Assembly (NCBI GenBank): GCA_950072105.1
Contig: CATMOE010000031.1
Coordinates: 1-41,164, forward strand
Direction of reading: 5' to 3'
DNA length: 41,164 nt
Source: an uncultured Dehalococcoidia bacterium
GTDB lineage: Bacteria; Chloroflexota; Dehalococcoidia; Lucifugimonadales; UBA3495
Under the pieces are notes generated by a model. It was not told the DNA's origin and made no database searches. It saw only the letters and a list, made by a program, of their open reading frames with translations. Made by a program: the position numbers and the translations under genes. Of the stretch, positions 18,751 to 29,716 are shown in pieces. Position 1 is the first letter of the stretch, and each line of letters opens with the position of its first letter.

Positions 18751-19710
18751 TCAATTCCCAGGTTTCGTCCCTTCAAAGTATGCCCTAGGATTCCCTTTCA
18801 TCATTCCGTCGATGACTGCCTGCTCGACGTCTGAGTCCTTGAGCCTGGGAATCACCTTCCGGGTCAGCCACAGGTATCCGTCCGGATTCTCCTCCCGGCT
18901 GGGAAATCCCGGAGACGCCAATCTGGTGATCACCACGTTCCAGTCGTGGGATAGCATCAGGTTGCTTCCGAGCCCCTCGTCCAAAAGCTCTTTCAAGTAG
19001 TCGGTCATCTTTTCCCAGGAAGGTAGGTGAGGACGGCCAAATGGGTTGTTTATATCCCAGCCCAGCCACACGCCCAGCCTGGCCAATTCCCGGTGATACT
19101 CTTTGTCCGGGGTGTTGTTGATGTGGCCGATGTAGATCTGGTGGGGATCCACCCCCTCCTCTTTTAAGATCCTCACTTGTTCCTCACCAATCCGGGACTG
19201 GGCCGGGGTGTGAGTCGTAATGGGCACACCAGTGCGCAGGTGGGTTTTAGCCGCCGATCGAAGCATCAACTCTTCGTTCTCGGAAATGGGGTCGCTGGTG
19301 GCTACCTTGATGATTCCAGCTTTGATCCCGGTGCCGTCGATGCCGGACTCGATCTCCCGTGTCCACAGCGCCGCGATGAACTCGGGGGTCCTACCCCAGA
19401 AACTGCGGGGAATGTCCAGCCAACAGCCGGTGCAGCAGATGAACTGTACGCCGCTCCGTTCGGATACTTCCTTCATCAGCGACACTTCCCGTCCCAGATC
19501 CAACGGGGACACCTCGACGATGGTGTCGACGCCTTCGATGTGGGCCCGGGTCAGGTCTTTCACGGCTGTTTCCAGGGCCCAAGGCCGGTCGACCAGCTCG
19601 CCATAGGTGGCGTTGACTCCGGCGGAAGAGTCGATCAGATGCTCGTGGGGAAGAGTGAAGCCAAGATCAGCAGTATCCATGGGGCCGAGCACCGAATTAA
19701 TCGTAGCCAT
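18751..19710 (-). CDS. Phosphotriesterase-related protein (PTE/PHP lactonase family)
   Basis: HEH, GIIKVAT, TTHT, IGH and LSHD. Start at MATINSVLGP. Confidence 0.93.
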   Translation of the reverse strand: MATINSVLGPMDTADLGFTLPHEHLIDSSAGVNATYGELVDRPWALETAVKDLTRAHIEGVDTIVEVSPLDLGREVSLMKEVSERSGVQFICCTGCWLDIPRSFWGRTPEFIAALWTREIESGIDGTGIKAGIIKVATSDPISENEELMLRSAAKTHLRTGVPITTHTPAQSRIGEEQVRILKEEGVDPHQIYIGHINNTPDKEYHRELARLGVWLGWDINNPFGRPHLPSWEKMTDYLKELLDEGLGSNLMLSHDWNVVITRLASPGFPSREENPDGYLWLTRKVIPRLKDSDVEQAVIDGMMKGNPRAYFEGTKPGN

Positions 19711-19810
19711 GGGACACCTCAAACAGGCAGCAGAGTACCAGATCGTGCCAGGGTGCATTATACAAGTTGTCCTACTTCCTGTATGGGGCATTTGCACGAG
19801 CGATTGGAAA

Positions 19811-19839
19811 TTGACATAACGGGACGTTGAACTTAACCT
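19811..19839 (+). promoter_or_regulatory. Putative sigma70 promoter
   Basis: TTGACA-17 nt-TAACCT, upstream of the GAGGAGG RBS and TTG start at 19878. Confidence 0.55.
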
Positions 19840-19877
19840 TCCCTTGACAGCCGCCGAGTGACTAAGAGGAGGGGACC

Positions 19878-21029
19878 TTGCCTCTGCACTTCACCGAAGA
19901 TGAACTGGCGGATCGCCGAAACAAGGTTGCCTCGGAGATGCAGTCACGTGGCCTGGACGCCTTGCTCATCTTTCGCCAGGAAAGCATGTACTACCTGACC
20001 GGTTATGACACGACCGGTTATTCCCAGTTCCAATGTCTCTACATGAGCGCCGGCGGCACTCTGATCCTTCTGACCCGCTCGGCGGATTTACACCAGGCCC
20101 AGCTGACTTCGGTGATTAAAGATGTTCGCATCTGGGTTGACCATGCCGACAGCAATCCCGGATTGGACCTTCGCCAGATCCTGGAGGAGCAAGAGTGCCG
20201 AGGGAAACATCTGGGTGTGGAATTGGAAGCTTGGTGTCTTACGGGGCGGCGATGGGAGTTTGTCAGAGCCGGCCTGGATGGTTTTTGCACCCACGAGGAC
20301 GCGTCGACTCTGGTTAGTCAGATGAGGATAATCAAGAGCCCAGCCGAGCTGGACTACGTGCGCCGGGCGGCGGCACTGGCCGATGAAGCACTGGTGGAGG
20401 CTCATAACTTGGCGACTCCGGGGAGACCCGAACAGGAGATACTAGCCGCCATGGAGAGCGCAATCTTTCGCGGCGGCGGCGATTATCCGGCTTCCCGGTT
20501 TATCATCGGATCAGGAGCCCAGGCGTTGAATGTCCGCAATTTTACCGGTTACGCCGACCTTGGGAACAACGACCAGCTCCAATTGGAGTTCGGGGGAACC
20601 TACCGCCATTACCACTCGTGCTTGATGCGCACGATCCTCACCGGTAAACCCGACCCGCGCCACCTGAGTATGCATTCGGCAGTTGTAGAAGCGTTAGAGG
20701 CGTGTAAGGAAGCATGCCGGCCGGGGGCAACCTTCGGGGACATCTTTGACGCCCATGCGAAGGCGTTGGAAGGCGCGAGGTTTGGTGGGCACAAGCTGAA
20801 CGCCTGCGGATACAGCCTGGGTGCCCTGTATCCTCCGACGTGGATGGACTGGCCGATGATCTATGCCGGCAATCCCGTGGTAGTGGAACCCAACATGGTT
20901 ATATTCATGCATATGATCTTGCTTGACTGGGACCGTCACCTGGCCATGGCTTTCGGGGATACCGTGGTGGTCACGCCCACCGGCAGCGAGACCTTGACCC
21001 AAATGGGTACCGGCTTGACGGTCAACTGA
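19878..21029 (+). CDS. M24/creatinase-fold hydrolase (Xaa-Pro peptidase / ectoine hydrolase-like)
   Basis: Creatinase-like N-domain (ESMYYLTGYD), IKSPAE, YHSCLMRT and GYSLG. Confidence 0.87.
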   Translation: MPLHFTEDELADRRNKVASEMQSRGLDALLIFRQESMYYLTGYDTTGYSQFQCLYMSAGGTLILLTRSADLHQAQLTSVIKDVRIWVDHADSNPGLDLRQILEEQECRGKHLGVELEAWCLTGRRWEFVRAGLDGFCTHEDASTLVSQMRIIKSPAELDYVRRAAALADEALVEAHNLATPGRPEQEILAAMESAIFRGGGDYPASRFIIGSGAQALNVRNFTGYADLGNNDQLQLEFGGTYRHYHSCLMRTILTGKPDPRHLSMHSAVVEALEACKEACRPGATFGDIFDAHAKALEGARFGGHKLNACGYSLGALYPPTWMDWPMIYAGNPVVVEPNMVIFMHMILLDWDRHLAMAFGDTVVVTPTGSETLTQMGTGLTVN

Positions 21030-21108
21030 GCAGAACCGCCGTCCCAACTAATCCGGCGTTCACAGATATTGAATCGGTCTGAGGACCAACAAGAAAGGGA
21101 GGAGCCTC

Positions 21109-22668
21109 ATGTACGCAGTACCAGACGTCGATGAAGTGGTGGCCGTGGCCAAAGAGCTGGGAATCCACTTAGGCCCCGATGAGGCCGATAAGTACCGAAA
21201 GTACCTGTTGGAACAGATGGCCGAGTTGGACACCTTCGTGCAGGCGCGGTTGGAAGAGCCCAAGCCCCCAATGGTTTCGGCCACCCGTGAGCCTGGGTAC
21301 CGGCCGAGCTTAGAAGAAGATCCGCTGAACGCCTGGATGTGGAAGTGCCGCATCGATGGGGAATCCGATGGTTTGCTTGCAGGCAAGACCGTCAGCTACA
21401 AGGACCACGTCGCCGTGGCGGGTATACCCATGAGCTTCGGCTCCTTCGCCCTGGAAGGCTTCATCCCCGACTTCGACGCGACCGTCGTCACCCGTGTGTT
21501 GCAGGCGGGTGGCACGATCGTCGGGAAGAACGTCATGAACGGGCTGAGCGGGGGCTTCGGCACCGGCGGCGGCATCGGCGACTACGGCCGTCCACTGAAT
21601 CCCCACAACCACGATCACGTGACCGGCGGATCGTCTTCGGGCTCCGCTGCCGCTGTGTCCTCCGGTCAGGTGGACATCTCCTTCGGCGGTGACCAGGGCG
21701 GGTCGATCCGTATTCCGGCGGCTTTCTCCGGAATCGTCGGACACAAGCCAACGTTTGGACTGTTGTCCCACTTCGGGATCGGGTTCGGCTCGGACCCGAG
21801 TATCGACTACACGGGTCCGCTAACCCGAAGCGTGGAGGATGCGGCGGCCACGCTCCAAGCCACGGCGGGTTACGACCCCTACGACCCTCGCCAGACGCGA
21901 GACGTACCCAACAGCATCGACATTCTCAGTGGGCTGTCCGGCGGTGTGTCCGGGCTGCGCATCGGTGTGCTCCAGGAGGGCTTCGACGATGCCGAGACCG
22001 ACGTGCGCGATTTGGTGATGGCCGCGATCGCTGTCCTGGCAGAGGCAGGCGCCGATGTATCAAATGTGTCCGTCCCGGAGCACCACGCCATCAGCGCGGC
22101 CTACTCCGCCCTCACCGGCGAAGGCGCTCTTGCCATGTTTAAAACAGGGTTCTTCGGCGCATTTACTAGGACCTACTATCCCGCGTCCATCATCACCGCA
22201 ATTAACAAGATGTGGGAGACCCAGGCCGACGTGCTCCCGCCGCGCACCAAGGTATCGCTCATCGCCGCCGAGTTGAGCCGCCGTAACTACCACGGCCGGG
22301 CGTATGCCAAGTCCCAGAACGTGCGTCCCACCTACATCAAGGCCTACGACGACGCCCTGGCTAACGTCGACTTGTTGGTGATGCCCACATGCATCATGAC
22401 GGCGCCAAAGAATCACACTCCGGGTAGCTACCTTGAGGCCGTCGAGCACAACTTGGCGTCGGGGAACTCGGGAGGCTCCCGAAATACCATGCCCTTTAAC
22501 TACACCGGCCACCCAGCGCTGGCCCTACCCGTGGGAAAGTCGACCGCTGGTCTGCCGGTCAGCATGCAGATCGTCGGCCGTTTCTTCGACGACCCGCTGG
22601 TGATGAGGGCCGCTTACGCCTACCAGCAGTCGACCGACTGGGACAAGATTATCGGCGTAAAAACCTGA
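21109..22668 (+). CDS. Amidase signature family enzyme
   Basis: YKD, GGSSSGS, GGDQGGSIRIPA, KPTFG and TGHPALALP (Ser-cisSer-Lys triad). Confidence 0.95.
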   Translation: MYAVPDVDEVVAVAKELGIHLGPDEADKYRKYLLEQMAELDTFVQARLEEPKPPMVSATREPGYRPSLEEDPLNAWMWKCRIDGESDGLLAGKTVSYKDHVAVAGIPMSFGSFALEGFIPDFDATVVTRVLQAGGTIVGKNVMNGLSGGFGTGGGIGDYGRPLNPHNHDHVTGGSSSGSAAAVSSGQVDISFGGDQGGSIRIPAAFSGIVGHKPTFGLLSHFGIGFGSDPSIDYTGPLTRSVEDAAATLQATAGYDPYDPRQTRDVPNSIDILSGLSGGVSGLRIGVLQEGFDDAETDVRDLVMAAIAVLAEAGADVSNVSVPEHHAISAAYSALTGEGALAMFKTGFFGAFTRTYYPASIITAINKMWETQADVLPPRTKVSLIAAELSRRNYHGRAYAKSQNVRPTYIKAYDDALANVDLLVMPTCIMTAPKNHTPGSYLEAVEHNLASGNSGGSRNTMPFNYTGHPALALPVGKSTAGLPVSMQIVGRFFDDPLVMRAAYAYQQSTDWDKIIGVKT

Positions 22669-22700
22669 TTCAGCTACCAATCTAGGCGAGGAGAGCAAAA

Positions 22701-23462
<762 letters not shown>

Positions 23463-23507
23463 GCATCTGCTTTCAGGCCTGATGAACGCAATGCAGAGGA
23501 AAGATCG

Positions 23508-24401
23508 ATGAGCATGAGAGACTTGGTTGGCTATGGTCCCAATCCGCCGGTGGTGCAATGGCCTAACGGGGCTAGGATCGCCGTGTCCGTAGTCGTGAAC
23601 TACGAGGAGGGCTCGGAGTATTCCCTTCTGGACGGGGACCCGCACGGCGAATCCTCGGGAGAATCTCCCTCCAACGTGCCTGCGGGAGAGCGAGACCTGG
23701 CCAACGAGTCGTTTTTCGAGTACGGCAGTAGAGTCGGTGTGTGGCGAATCATGGATGTGATGGACCAATGCGACGTCAAGGGAACTTTTTTCGCCTGCGC
23801 CCTGGCCCTGGAGCGAAACCCCGAAGTGGGGCCGGAGATCATCCGCCGGGGCCACGAGGTCATGGGACACGGCAACCGCTGGGAAGAGTATTACCGGATG
23901 GACCGGGACACCGAGCGGGAGGCCATCAAACAAGCGGTGGAGTCGATCACCCGAACCACCGGGCAACGGCCTTTGGGCTGGTACACCCGCTACGGCCCCA
24001 GTGTAAACACGCGGGAGTTGGTGGTTGAGGAAGGCGGGTTCATCTACGATTGCAACGCCTACAACGACGACTTGCCCTTCTACACCGAGGTGCACGGAAA
24101 AAGTTGGCTGGTGGTGCCTTACTCGTTGGAGGTGAACGACACCAAATTCTGGCGAGGTCAGATGATCACGCCCAATGATTTTTTCGAGGCCGCCCGGTCC
24201 TGCTTCGACATGCTTTACGAAGAAGGGGCCACCCACCCAAAAATGATGTCGGTGGGTCTTCACTGCCGCATAATTGGGAAGCCCGGCCGAGCAAATGCCC
24301 TGAGGCAGTTTCTCAAATACGCTTCGGAGAAAGAGGGCGTCTGGTTCGCCACTCGGTTGGAGATCGCCCGTTGGTGGCTGGAACATTATCCTTCGGAGTA
24401 G
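23508..24401 (+). CDS. Polysaccharide deacetylase family, PuuE allantoinase-like
   Basis: RDLVGYG, VVNYEEG, EYGSRVGVWR, Y.DDLP and MSVGLHCRIIGKPGR. Confidence 0.9.
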   Translation: MSMRDLVGYGPNPPVVQWPNGARIAVSVVVNYEEGSEYSLLDGDPHGESSGESPSNVPAGERDLANESFFEYGSRVGVWRIMDVMDQCDVKGTFFACALALERNPEVGPEIIRRGHEVMGHGNRWEEYYRMDRDTEREAIKQAVESITRTTGQRPLGWYTRYGPSVNTRELVVEEGGFIYDCNAYNDDLPFYTEVHGKSWLVVPYSLEVNDTKFWRGQMITPNDFFEAARSCFDMLYEEGATHPKMMSVGLHCRIIGKPGRANALRQFLKYASEKEGVWFATRLEIARWWLEHYPSE

Positions 24402-24480
24402 CGGCCGGCCTGAGATGGGAAAGACTAATCGCGCCCCAACCATAGACCCAATCGTTGCCGGGGCGCCTGAAGGGGGCTAA

Positions 24481-24864
24481 TTGCCGGATTCGAACAATGA
24501 GACCGTTCTCCTAGTTGGGCAAAACCTGTTCTTTCTGGGCCGGGTTGAGGTCCAGGCCGAGCCCTTCGGTTATGAAGTTCAGTGGGCCAAGACCCAATCC
24601 GCCTTTTCGGAATTCTCCGCAAGCCGTCTTCCCGCTCTGATCCTGGTTGACTTGGAAGGAGACGAATCGATTTGGACCGATGTTTTAGAAGAGATCAATC
24701 ACCAGGATGGGAGACGGGCTAAAGTGGTGGCATTCGGCCCCCACGAAGACGTCGCCATGTTGGAACGGGCCAGGAAACTAGGTTGTGACATTGTCCTGAA
24801 CAAAGGGGAGTTCAATCGAGACCTGCCCAAAATCATCGAGAGCCTGAAAGCGGACTCCGGCTGA
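24481..24864 (+). CDS. Atypical stand-alone receiver-domain-like protein
   Basis: Receiver-like beta/alpha pattern with LILVDL, VVAFGPH and GCD.VLNK. The acidic pair after beta1 is missing. TTG start. Confidence 0.7.
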   Translation: MPDSNNETVLLVGQNLFFLGRVEVQAEPFGYEVQWAKTQSAFSEFSASRLPALILVDLEGDESIWTDVLEEINHQDGRRAKVVAFGPHEDVAMLERARKLGCDIVLNKGEFNRDLPKIIESLKADSG

Positions 24865-24963
24865 TCAGATCGGCCGCATGCCGAAGATTTCAGACTAGGA
24901 ATTCGCTTGCAGGAATCGCGCTTCAACTCGCTTCACGGCTACCGTCGTGACTTGGAGGTAACT

Positions 24964-25422
24964 ATGGATGCCACTGGTGTATCTCACATCGCTATCTGCG
25001 TGCGTGACCTGGACAAGTCCCTGGGCTTCTACCGGGACATCCTGGGCATGAGGGTTGCTTCTGATGTTATCCAGGATACGACTACCGGCGGGCTCCCACA
25101 CGTCTATAAACATTCCCGCAAAACCCGAAGGCAGGTACGCCTGATGTATGGTGTAGGCGTTACCTCTCCGACCATTACCATGACCAGCCATCCCGGCGAA
25201 GAGCCGGATGGGGATCCGATCAAGCTCGACCAGATAGGCATCAGCCACCTTTCCTTTTCAGCGCCGGACGTGAAGGCCCTCGCCGAGGAACTGGTCTCCA
25301 AAGGCGTTCAGTTGGCGGGGCCGCTGGAATCTCGGATGGACGCCCAAGGAAACCTGGGCAACTTCTACGTCTACGACCCCGATGGTATTCTGATCTAGTT
25401 CGACTCCGGTGCGGGTGGCTAA
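24964..25422 (+). pseudogene. VOC/glyoxalase family protein with a probable premature TAG at 25396-25398
   Basis: SHIAICVRDLDKSLGFY, ISHLSF, then YDPDGILI-TAG-FDSGAGG-TAA. The stop falls in the last beta-strand where E/Q is expected. GGAGG RBS before ATG 24964. Confidence 0.7.
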
Positions 25423-25549
25423 TATAGCCTTCTTCCGTCCCTAATCGTTCTCGGTGGCGTTTGGACCACTTCGGGAAATTGCCCGCCACTGATGTACATT
25501 GTCTGTATAATCTCAGCTAACCGGTATCCGAAAAGAGGCGAGGAGAATT

Positions 25550-26023
25550 ATGGCGACTGAAAGCGGGACTGAACTCCATTACATGGAACTCCTCAACGAC
25601 ATTGCCTCAGGAGAGAAGCGGGCAGGCATTCATTTAGCAGCTTGGGCCGGCAAAACTCCTGACCCGAAGCTGAAGTCGTGTCTCTCTTTGGTGGCTGACC
25701 GGGAGACAAGCCATTACCACATCTTCAAACGGCGGATCTCCGAGCTAGGTTACAACTGGCAAGAAAACGATGCTCCGGAATTCGAGGAGCGTCTGAGAGT
25801 GAGCAACTCCGATATGCCCGACGTTGAGAAAATACGTTGGGGCAAAGCCCAACAGGCACTACGACAGGGCCCGGCGATTCGAGAAAGGTATGAAGCGGCG
25901 ATCGCCGATGAAACCGTAGACCCACTTACCCGCTCCCTACTCCGTTGGTTCTCAGACGTGGAAGCAGACTCCGGATCCCTTCTGCGCCTGGTCTATGACG
26001 GCATCGAAGCAAAGGATGAGTGA
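25550..26023 (+). CDS. Ferritin-like four-helix-bundle protein
   Basis: SGE...DRETSH (ExxH) and DPLTRSLL...DVEADS. GAGGAG RBS and upstream TATAAT (25506-25511). Confidence 0.72.
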   Translation: MATESGTELHYMELLNDIASGEKRAGIHLAAWAGKTPDPKLKSCLSLVADRETSHYHIFKRRISELGYNWQENDAPEFEERLRVSNSDMPDVEKIRWGKAQQALRQGPAIRERYEAAIADETVDPLTRSLLRWFSDVEADSGSLLRLVYDGIEAKDE

Positions 26024-26032
26024 GGGTTAGCA

Positions 26033-27145
26033 ATGGCGAAAGACGGCTTCAAAGTCTGGGACTCCGACATGCACATCGTCGAGCCGGCGGACCTTTGGGA
26101 CAGGTACATCGACCCTGCTTTCAAAGGCCGAGGCCCTAAGGGGCTGAGCCGCCATCCTCGTGACCTGGGCATCCAGATGGGCGGACGCGTCTACCCGCCG
26201 GAGAATCGCAGCTACACCACCGGCATCATGCCCCTCATGACCGAGCAGATGGACGTGTACGCGGAATCGGAGGCGCGAGGTTGGGACAGCGGCTCCCAAG
26301 AGACAGCCATGGACAATGAAGGGATCGATATGGCGGTCATGTTTCCCAGTCGAGGCCTCTTCAGTCTGGGATCGGACGAGATCGAACCGGACCTGGCCAC
26401 CGCGATCTGCCGGGCCTATAACGACTGGTTGGCGGATTTTTGCTCCGGATCGAACCGGATGTTTGGAGCGGGCATGATTCCCCCACACGACGTGGAAGGC
26501 GCGGTTCAAGAGGCCAGGCGGGCGGTGAACGAACTGGGGTTCAAGACGGTTTTCATGCGCCCGAATCCGGTGCATGGGCGAAATTGGCAAGACCCTTATT
26601 ACGATCCCCTATGGGCGGAGATCCAGCGGCTGAAGGTTCCCATCAGCTTCCACGAAGGAGGACTGGTGGACCTCCCACAGCCCGGTGATAACTTCGGAAC
26701 GCATATGCTCTACCACACCTGCACCCACTCTATGTCGATGATGCTCGCCGCGGTGGACATGGCCGGGGGCGGTGTTCTGGAGCGCTTTCCCGGCCTCACC
26801 GTGGCGTTGTTAGAGGGCAACTGCTCCTGGGCGCCGTGGCTTTTGTGGCGGTTGGATGAGCACTACGAGATGTCGGCGTCCTACGACCATCCGGAACTCA
26901 AGATGAAGCCCAGCGAGTATTTCCGGCGGCAATGCTATCTGTCAGTAGAATGCGATGAGGAACCGGCGGAGATAGTCTCCAAGTACGGATTGGAGGACAA
27001 CATCGTGTTCTCTTCCGACTACCCGCACGCCGACTCCAAGTATCCCAAGTCGGTGGAGCGGTTCCTGCAGATGCCACTTTCCGATCAAACAAAGCGGAAG
27101 TTCTTGTGGGACAACTGCGCCCGGCTTTATGGCCTTGAGGGCTAG
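26033..27145 (+). CDS. Amidohydrolase_2 family protein
   Basis: DSDMH, RAYNDW, SFHE, LERFPGL..ALLE and SSDYPHAD. Confidence 0.93.
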   Translation: MAKDGFKVWDSDMHIVEPADLWDRYIDPAFKGRGPKGLSRHPRDLGIQMGGRVYPPENRSYTTGIMPLMTEQMDVYAESEARGWDSGSQETAMDNEGIDMAVMFPSRGLFSLGSDEIEPDLATAICRAYNDWLADFCSGSNRMFGAGMIPPHDVEGAVQEARRAVNELGFKTVFMRPNPVHGRNWQDPYYDPLWAEIQRLKVPISFHEGGLVDLPQPGDNFGTHMLYHTCTHSMSMMLAAVDMAGGGVLERFPGLTVALLEGNCSWAPWLLWRLDEHYEMSASYDHPELKMKPSEYFRRQCYLSVECDEEPAEIVSKYGLEDNIVFSSDYPHADSKYPKSVERFLQMPLSDQTKRKFLWDNCARLYGLEG

Positions 27146-27181
27146 CGTCCCGGTTTATAGATATGCATTACTTGTAGCCGC

Positions 27182-28723
27182 CTAGCGTCCGTCCCGGATA
27201 AACTCGGCGGCCCGCTCCGCAATCATCATCGTGGTCACATTGGTATTGGCGCGCACCACATCCGGCATGACCGAAGCGTCGGCTATCCGCAATCCCTGAA
27301 CACCTCGCACGTTCAGGTACTGGTCGACCACGGCCATGGAGTCGCCGGCCACGCCCATCTTGCAGGTACCGGAGATATGGAACGACGTGCTCACGGTGCG
27401 CAACATCCATTCATCCAGACTCTCATCACTGGACAGGTCGGCATCGGTTGGGGCGGTTCGCTGGTTGACGATCTCTCCGTAAGCTCCGTCCTCCAAGAGG
27501 GTCACGCACTTCCTTATCGCTTCCCGCAACCTCTCCCGGTCCCAGGGTTCCTCCAGGTAATGGTAGTCCATGCTGGGTTGCACGTTGGGGTCGGTCGACA
27601 CCAGGCGGAGTTCTCCCTTGCCCACCGCGAGGTAGAGCCCGCAGTTGATGCTGTGGGTCGGGTCGACGTCCTCTTTAACCACCGTGTTCAGGGAAGACGG
27701 CGACAGGATCATATCGTTAGGCGTAGGCGACGCGGTGGCCGTATAGCGCAGGCGAAGGGCGCGCCGGGCAACCGTCTCATCAGGTCGGTCTTCATTTACC
27801 GTGAACCGGACTACAACGTTGGGGTGGTCGCGCATGTTCTGACCTACTCCGGGAGCATCCACCACCACCGGTATGTCCAATGGCGCCAACTGGTCCCGTG
27901 GGCCGATTCCGGATAGCATCAGCAGTTGGGGCGACCCCACGGCCCCGGCGCACAGCGTGATCTGGTCTCCTTCCACCAAGAACCTTTCTCCTCCGCTCTC
28001 CACTTCCAATCCCGTGGCCCGGTTGCCGGAGAACACGATGCGCATCACTTGAACGTTGGCCTTGATGGTCAGGTTGAGGCGGTTCCGGTTGGGCTCGATG
28101 TGGGTCAGGGCCATGCTCATGCGCACGCCGTCAACGTTGTTTTCGGCCCGTAGGCTAACGCCGGTGGCGTCGGGATCATGATTATCGGGATTGTAGGGGT
28201 ATCCGGCGGAGACGCAAGCCCGGTAGAAGGCTTCCTGCAGGGGCGGCCAATCTTCGCGTTTATGACGGCGTACCGGAACTGGACCATTGGTTCCGTGAAA
28301 ATCATCCCGGAAGTCCTCGTCGTTCTCGATCTGGCGGAAGTAAGGGAGGACCTTTATGTAGGACCACTCGTCGTTCCCCCAAGAAGCCCAGGTGTCGAAG
28401 TCCTCGGGCGCTCCCCGGATGAAGGTTTGCCCGTTGATGGCACTTGATCCGCCCAACACTTTTCCTCTGGGTACCGGCATGGGATTGGGCTGCTGGGGCG
28501 TGGCCTTGCCGGTGAACGACCAGTTGAAGGGAGAGTTAGCCGCTCGGGCTTGCAGATTGATCAATCCCCAGCCGTTTTTCAGCATTTCAGGCAGTTGTTC
28601 GAAGTCGGGATATTCCGGGCCGGCCTCCAACAGGAGCACTGAGCGGCCCTGGTCTTCCGAGAGTTTGGCCGCCAAGATGCAACCGGCGGTCCCACCGCCA
28701 ACGACTATGTGATCGTATTTCAT
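27182..28723 (-). CDS. GMC family oxidoreductase (choline dehydrogenase-like)
   Basis: GGGTAG, LLEAG, RGKVLGGSSAING, SPQLLMLSGIG, HISGTCKMG and ANTN. Confidence 0.95.
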   Translation of the reverse strand: MKYDHIVVGGGTAGCILAAKLSEDQGRSVLLLEAGPEYPDFEQLPEMLKNGWGLINLQARAANSPFNWSFTGKATPQQPNPMPVPRGKVLGGSSAINGQTFIRGAPEDFDTWASWGNDEWSYIKVLPYFRQIENDEDFRDDFHGTNGPVPVRRHKREDWPPLQEAFYRACVSAGYPYNPDNHDPDATGVSLRAENNVDGVRMSMALTHIEPNRNRLNLTIKANVQVMRIVFSGNRATGLEVESGGERFLVEGDQITLCAGAVGSPQLLMLSGIGPRDQLAPLDIPVVVDAPGVGQNMRDHPNVVVRFTVNEDRPDETVARRALRLRYTATASPTPNDMILSPSSLNTVVKEDVDPTHSINCGLYLAVGKGELRLVSTDPNVQPSMDYHYLEEPWDRERLREAIRKCVTLLEDGAYGEIVNQRTAPTDADLSSDESLDEWMLRTVSTSFHISGTCKMGVAGDSMAVVDQYLNVRGVQGLRIADASVMPDVVRANTNVTTMMIAERAAEFIRDGR

Positions 28724-28765
28724 GACTTAAATCCTCCCATCAGCGTCCCAAGGTGGCTGAATGTT

Positions 28766-29617
28766 CTACCGGACCAAGGCGCCAGCCATCCGCTCCAACT
28801 GATCTCCCATCTCCTGTTCGGTTTCGCAATGGACCGGCCACACTGAAACCCGTATCGCTCCGGCGCTTAAGAAATCATCTACTTGCTGTCTGGTGGTCTC
28901 GGGAGGCTGGCCGAACACCGATATGGATAGCGATGCCGGGTTCCGCCCCCGCTCGGCGGCTAAAGTGTCGAGAATCTTCCGTCCTTCTTCAATCCGGCCA
29001 GGGGTTACCCGGTTTGGGAGCCATCCGTCGCCCCACCGGGCGACCCGTTGCAGTACATTGGGAGCGTTGCCGCCCAGGAGGATCGGAGGGTGCGGCTTCT
29101 GCGCCGGTTTGGGATAGCAATAAACCGGTGGAAAATCGTAGTAACGGCCATGGAACTCGGCTTCATCCTTGGTCCACAACTCTTTCAGCGCCGCGACGGC
29201 CTCCCTGGCCTGAGTCCACCGGTGGTCAAAGTCGCCGCCCATCATGGTGGTCTCCTCCCGGTTCCAGCCGGTCCCGATCCCAAAGATAAACCTGCCGTTA
29301 CTGTGCTGGTCGAGGACTGCGATCTGCTTGGCCAAGATCAGTGGATTCCGCTCGGTGATCAAGGTGATGCCCGTGGCGAGCTTAATCTTGGTGGTGACGG
29401 TAGATGCCATGGCCAAAGACATGTATGGGTCGGAGAAGTGGCGGTAGGTCCAAGGAATCTCGCCGCCGGTGGCGGGAAATGGGGTGGCGCTATTCACCGG
29501 CAGGATAGGGTGCTCGTGGTAGAAGATGGACTCAAACCCCAGATCTTCGGCCTTCTTGGCGATGAATGCCGGGTCAAGGGTGTAAGCGGGTAAGGGCACT
29601 ACTATTCCAACAGACAC
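28766..29617 (-). CDS. LLM-class probable F420-dependent oxidoreductase (Rv2161c-like)
   Basis: AEDLGFES..HEH, NPLILAKQIAVLD, GIGTGWNREE, PKPAQKPHPP and GDGWLP. GTG start after AGGAGAG. Confidence 0.92.
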   Translation of the reverse strand: MSVGIVVPLPAYTLDPAFIAKKAEDLGFESIFYHEHPILPVNSATPFPATGGEIPWTYRHFSDPYMSLAMASTVTTKIKLATGITLITERNPLILAKQIAVLDQHSNGRFIFGIGTGWNREETTMMGGDFDHRWTQAREAVAALKELWTKDEAEFHGRYYDFPPVYCYPKPAQKPHPPILLGGNAPNVLQRVARWGDGWLPNRVTPGRIEEGRKILDTLAAERGRNPASLSISVFGQPPETTRQQVDDFLSAGAIRVSVWPVHCETEQEMGDQLERMAGALVR

Positions 29618-29716
29618 TTCAACTCTCCTTTTTATTCAAATGTGGCGCTCGGGATGTGTACTGAATCAGCGGCCGTGTTGCGCCGATCCTATCAACACTC
29701 CTCGTTCCGGCAAGGG

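Noticed and set aside
25396..25398. Pyrrolysine/amber recoding of the VOC TAG
   Set aside because: No pyl genes are in view, and other genes here use TAG as a normal stop. A point mutation is the simpler explanation.
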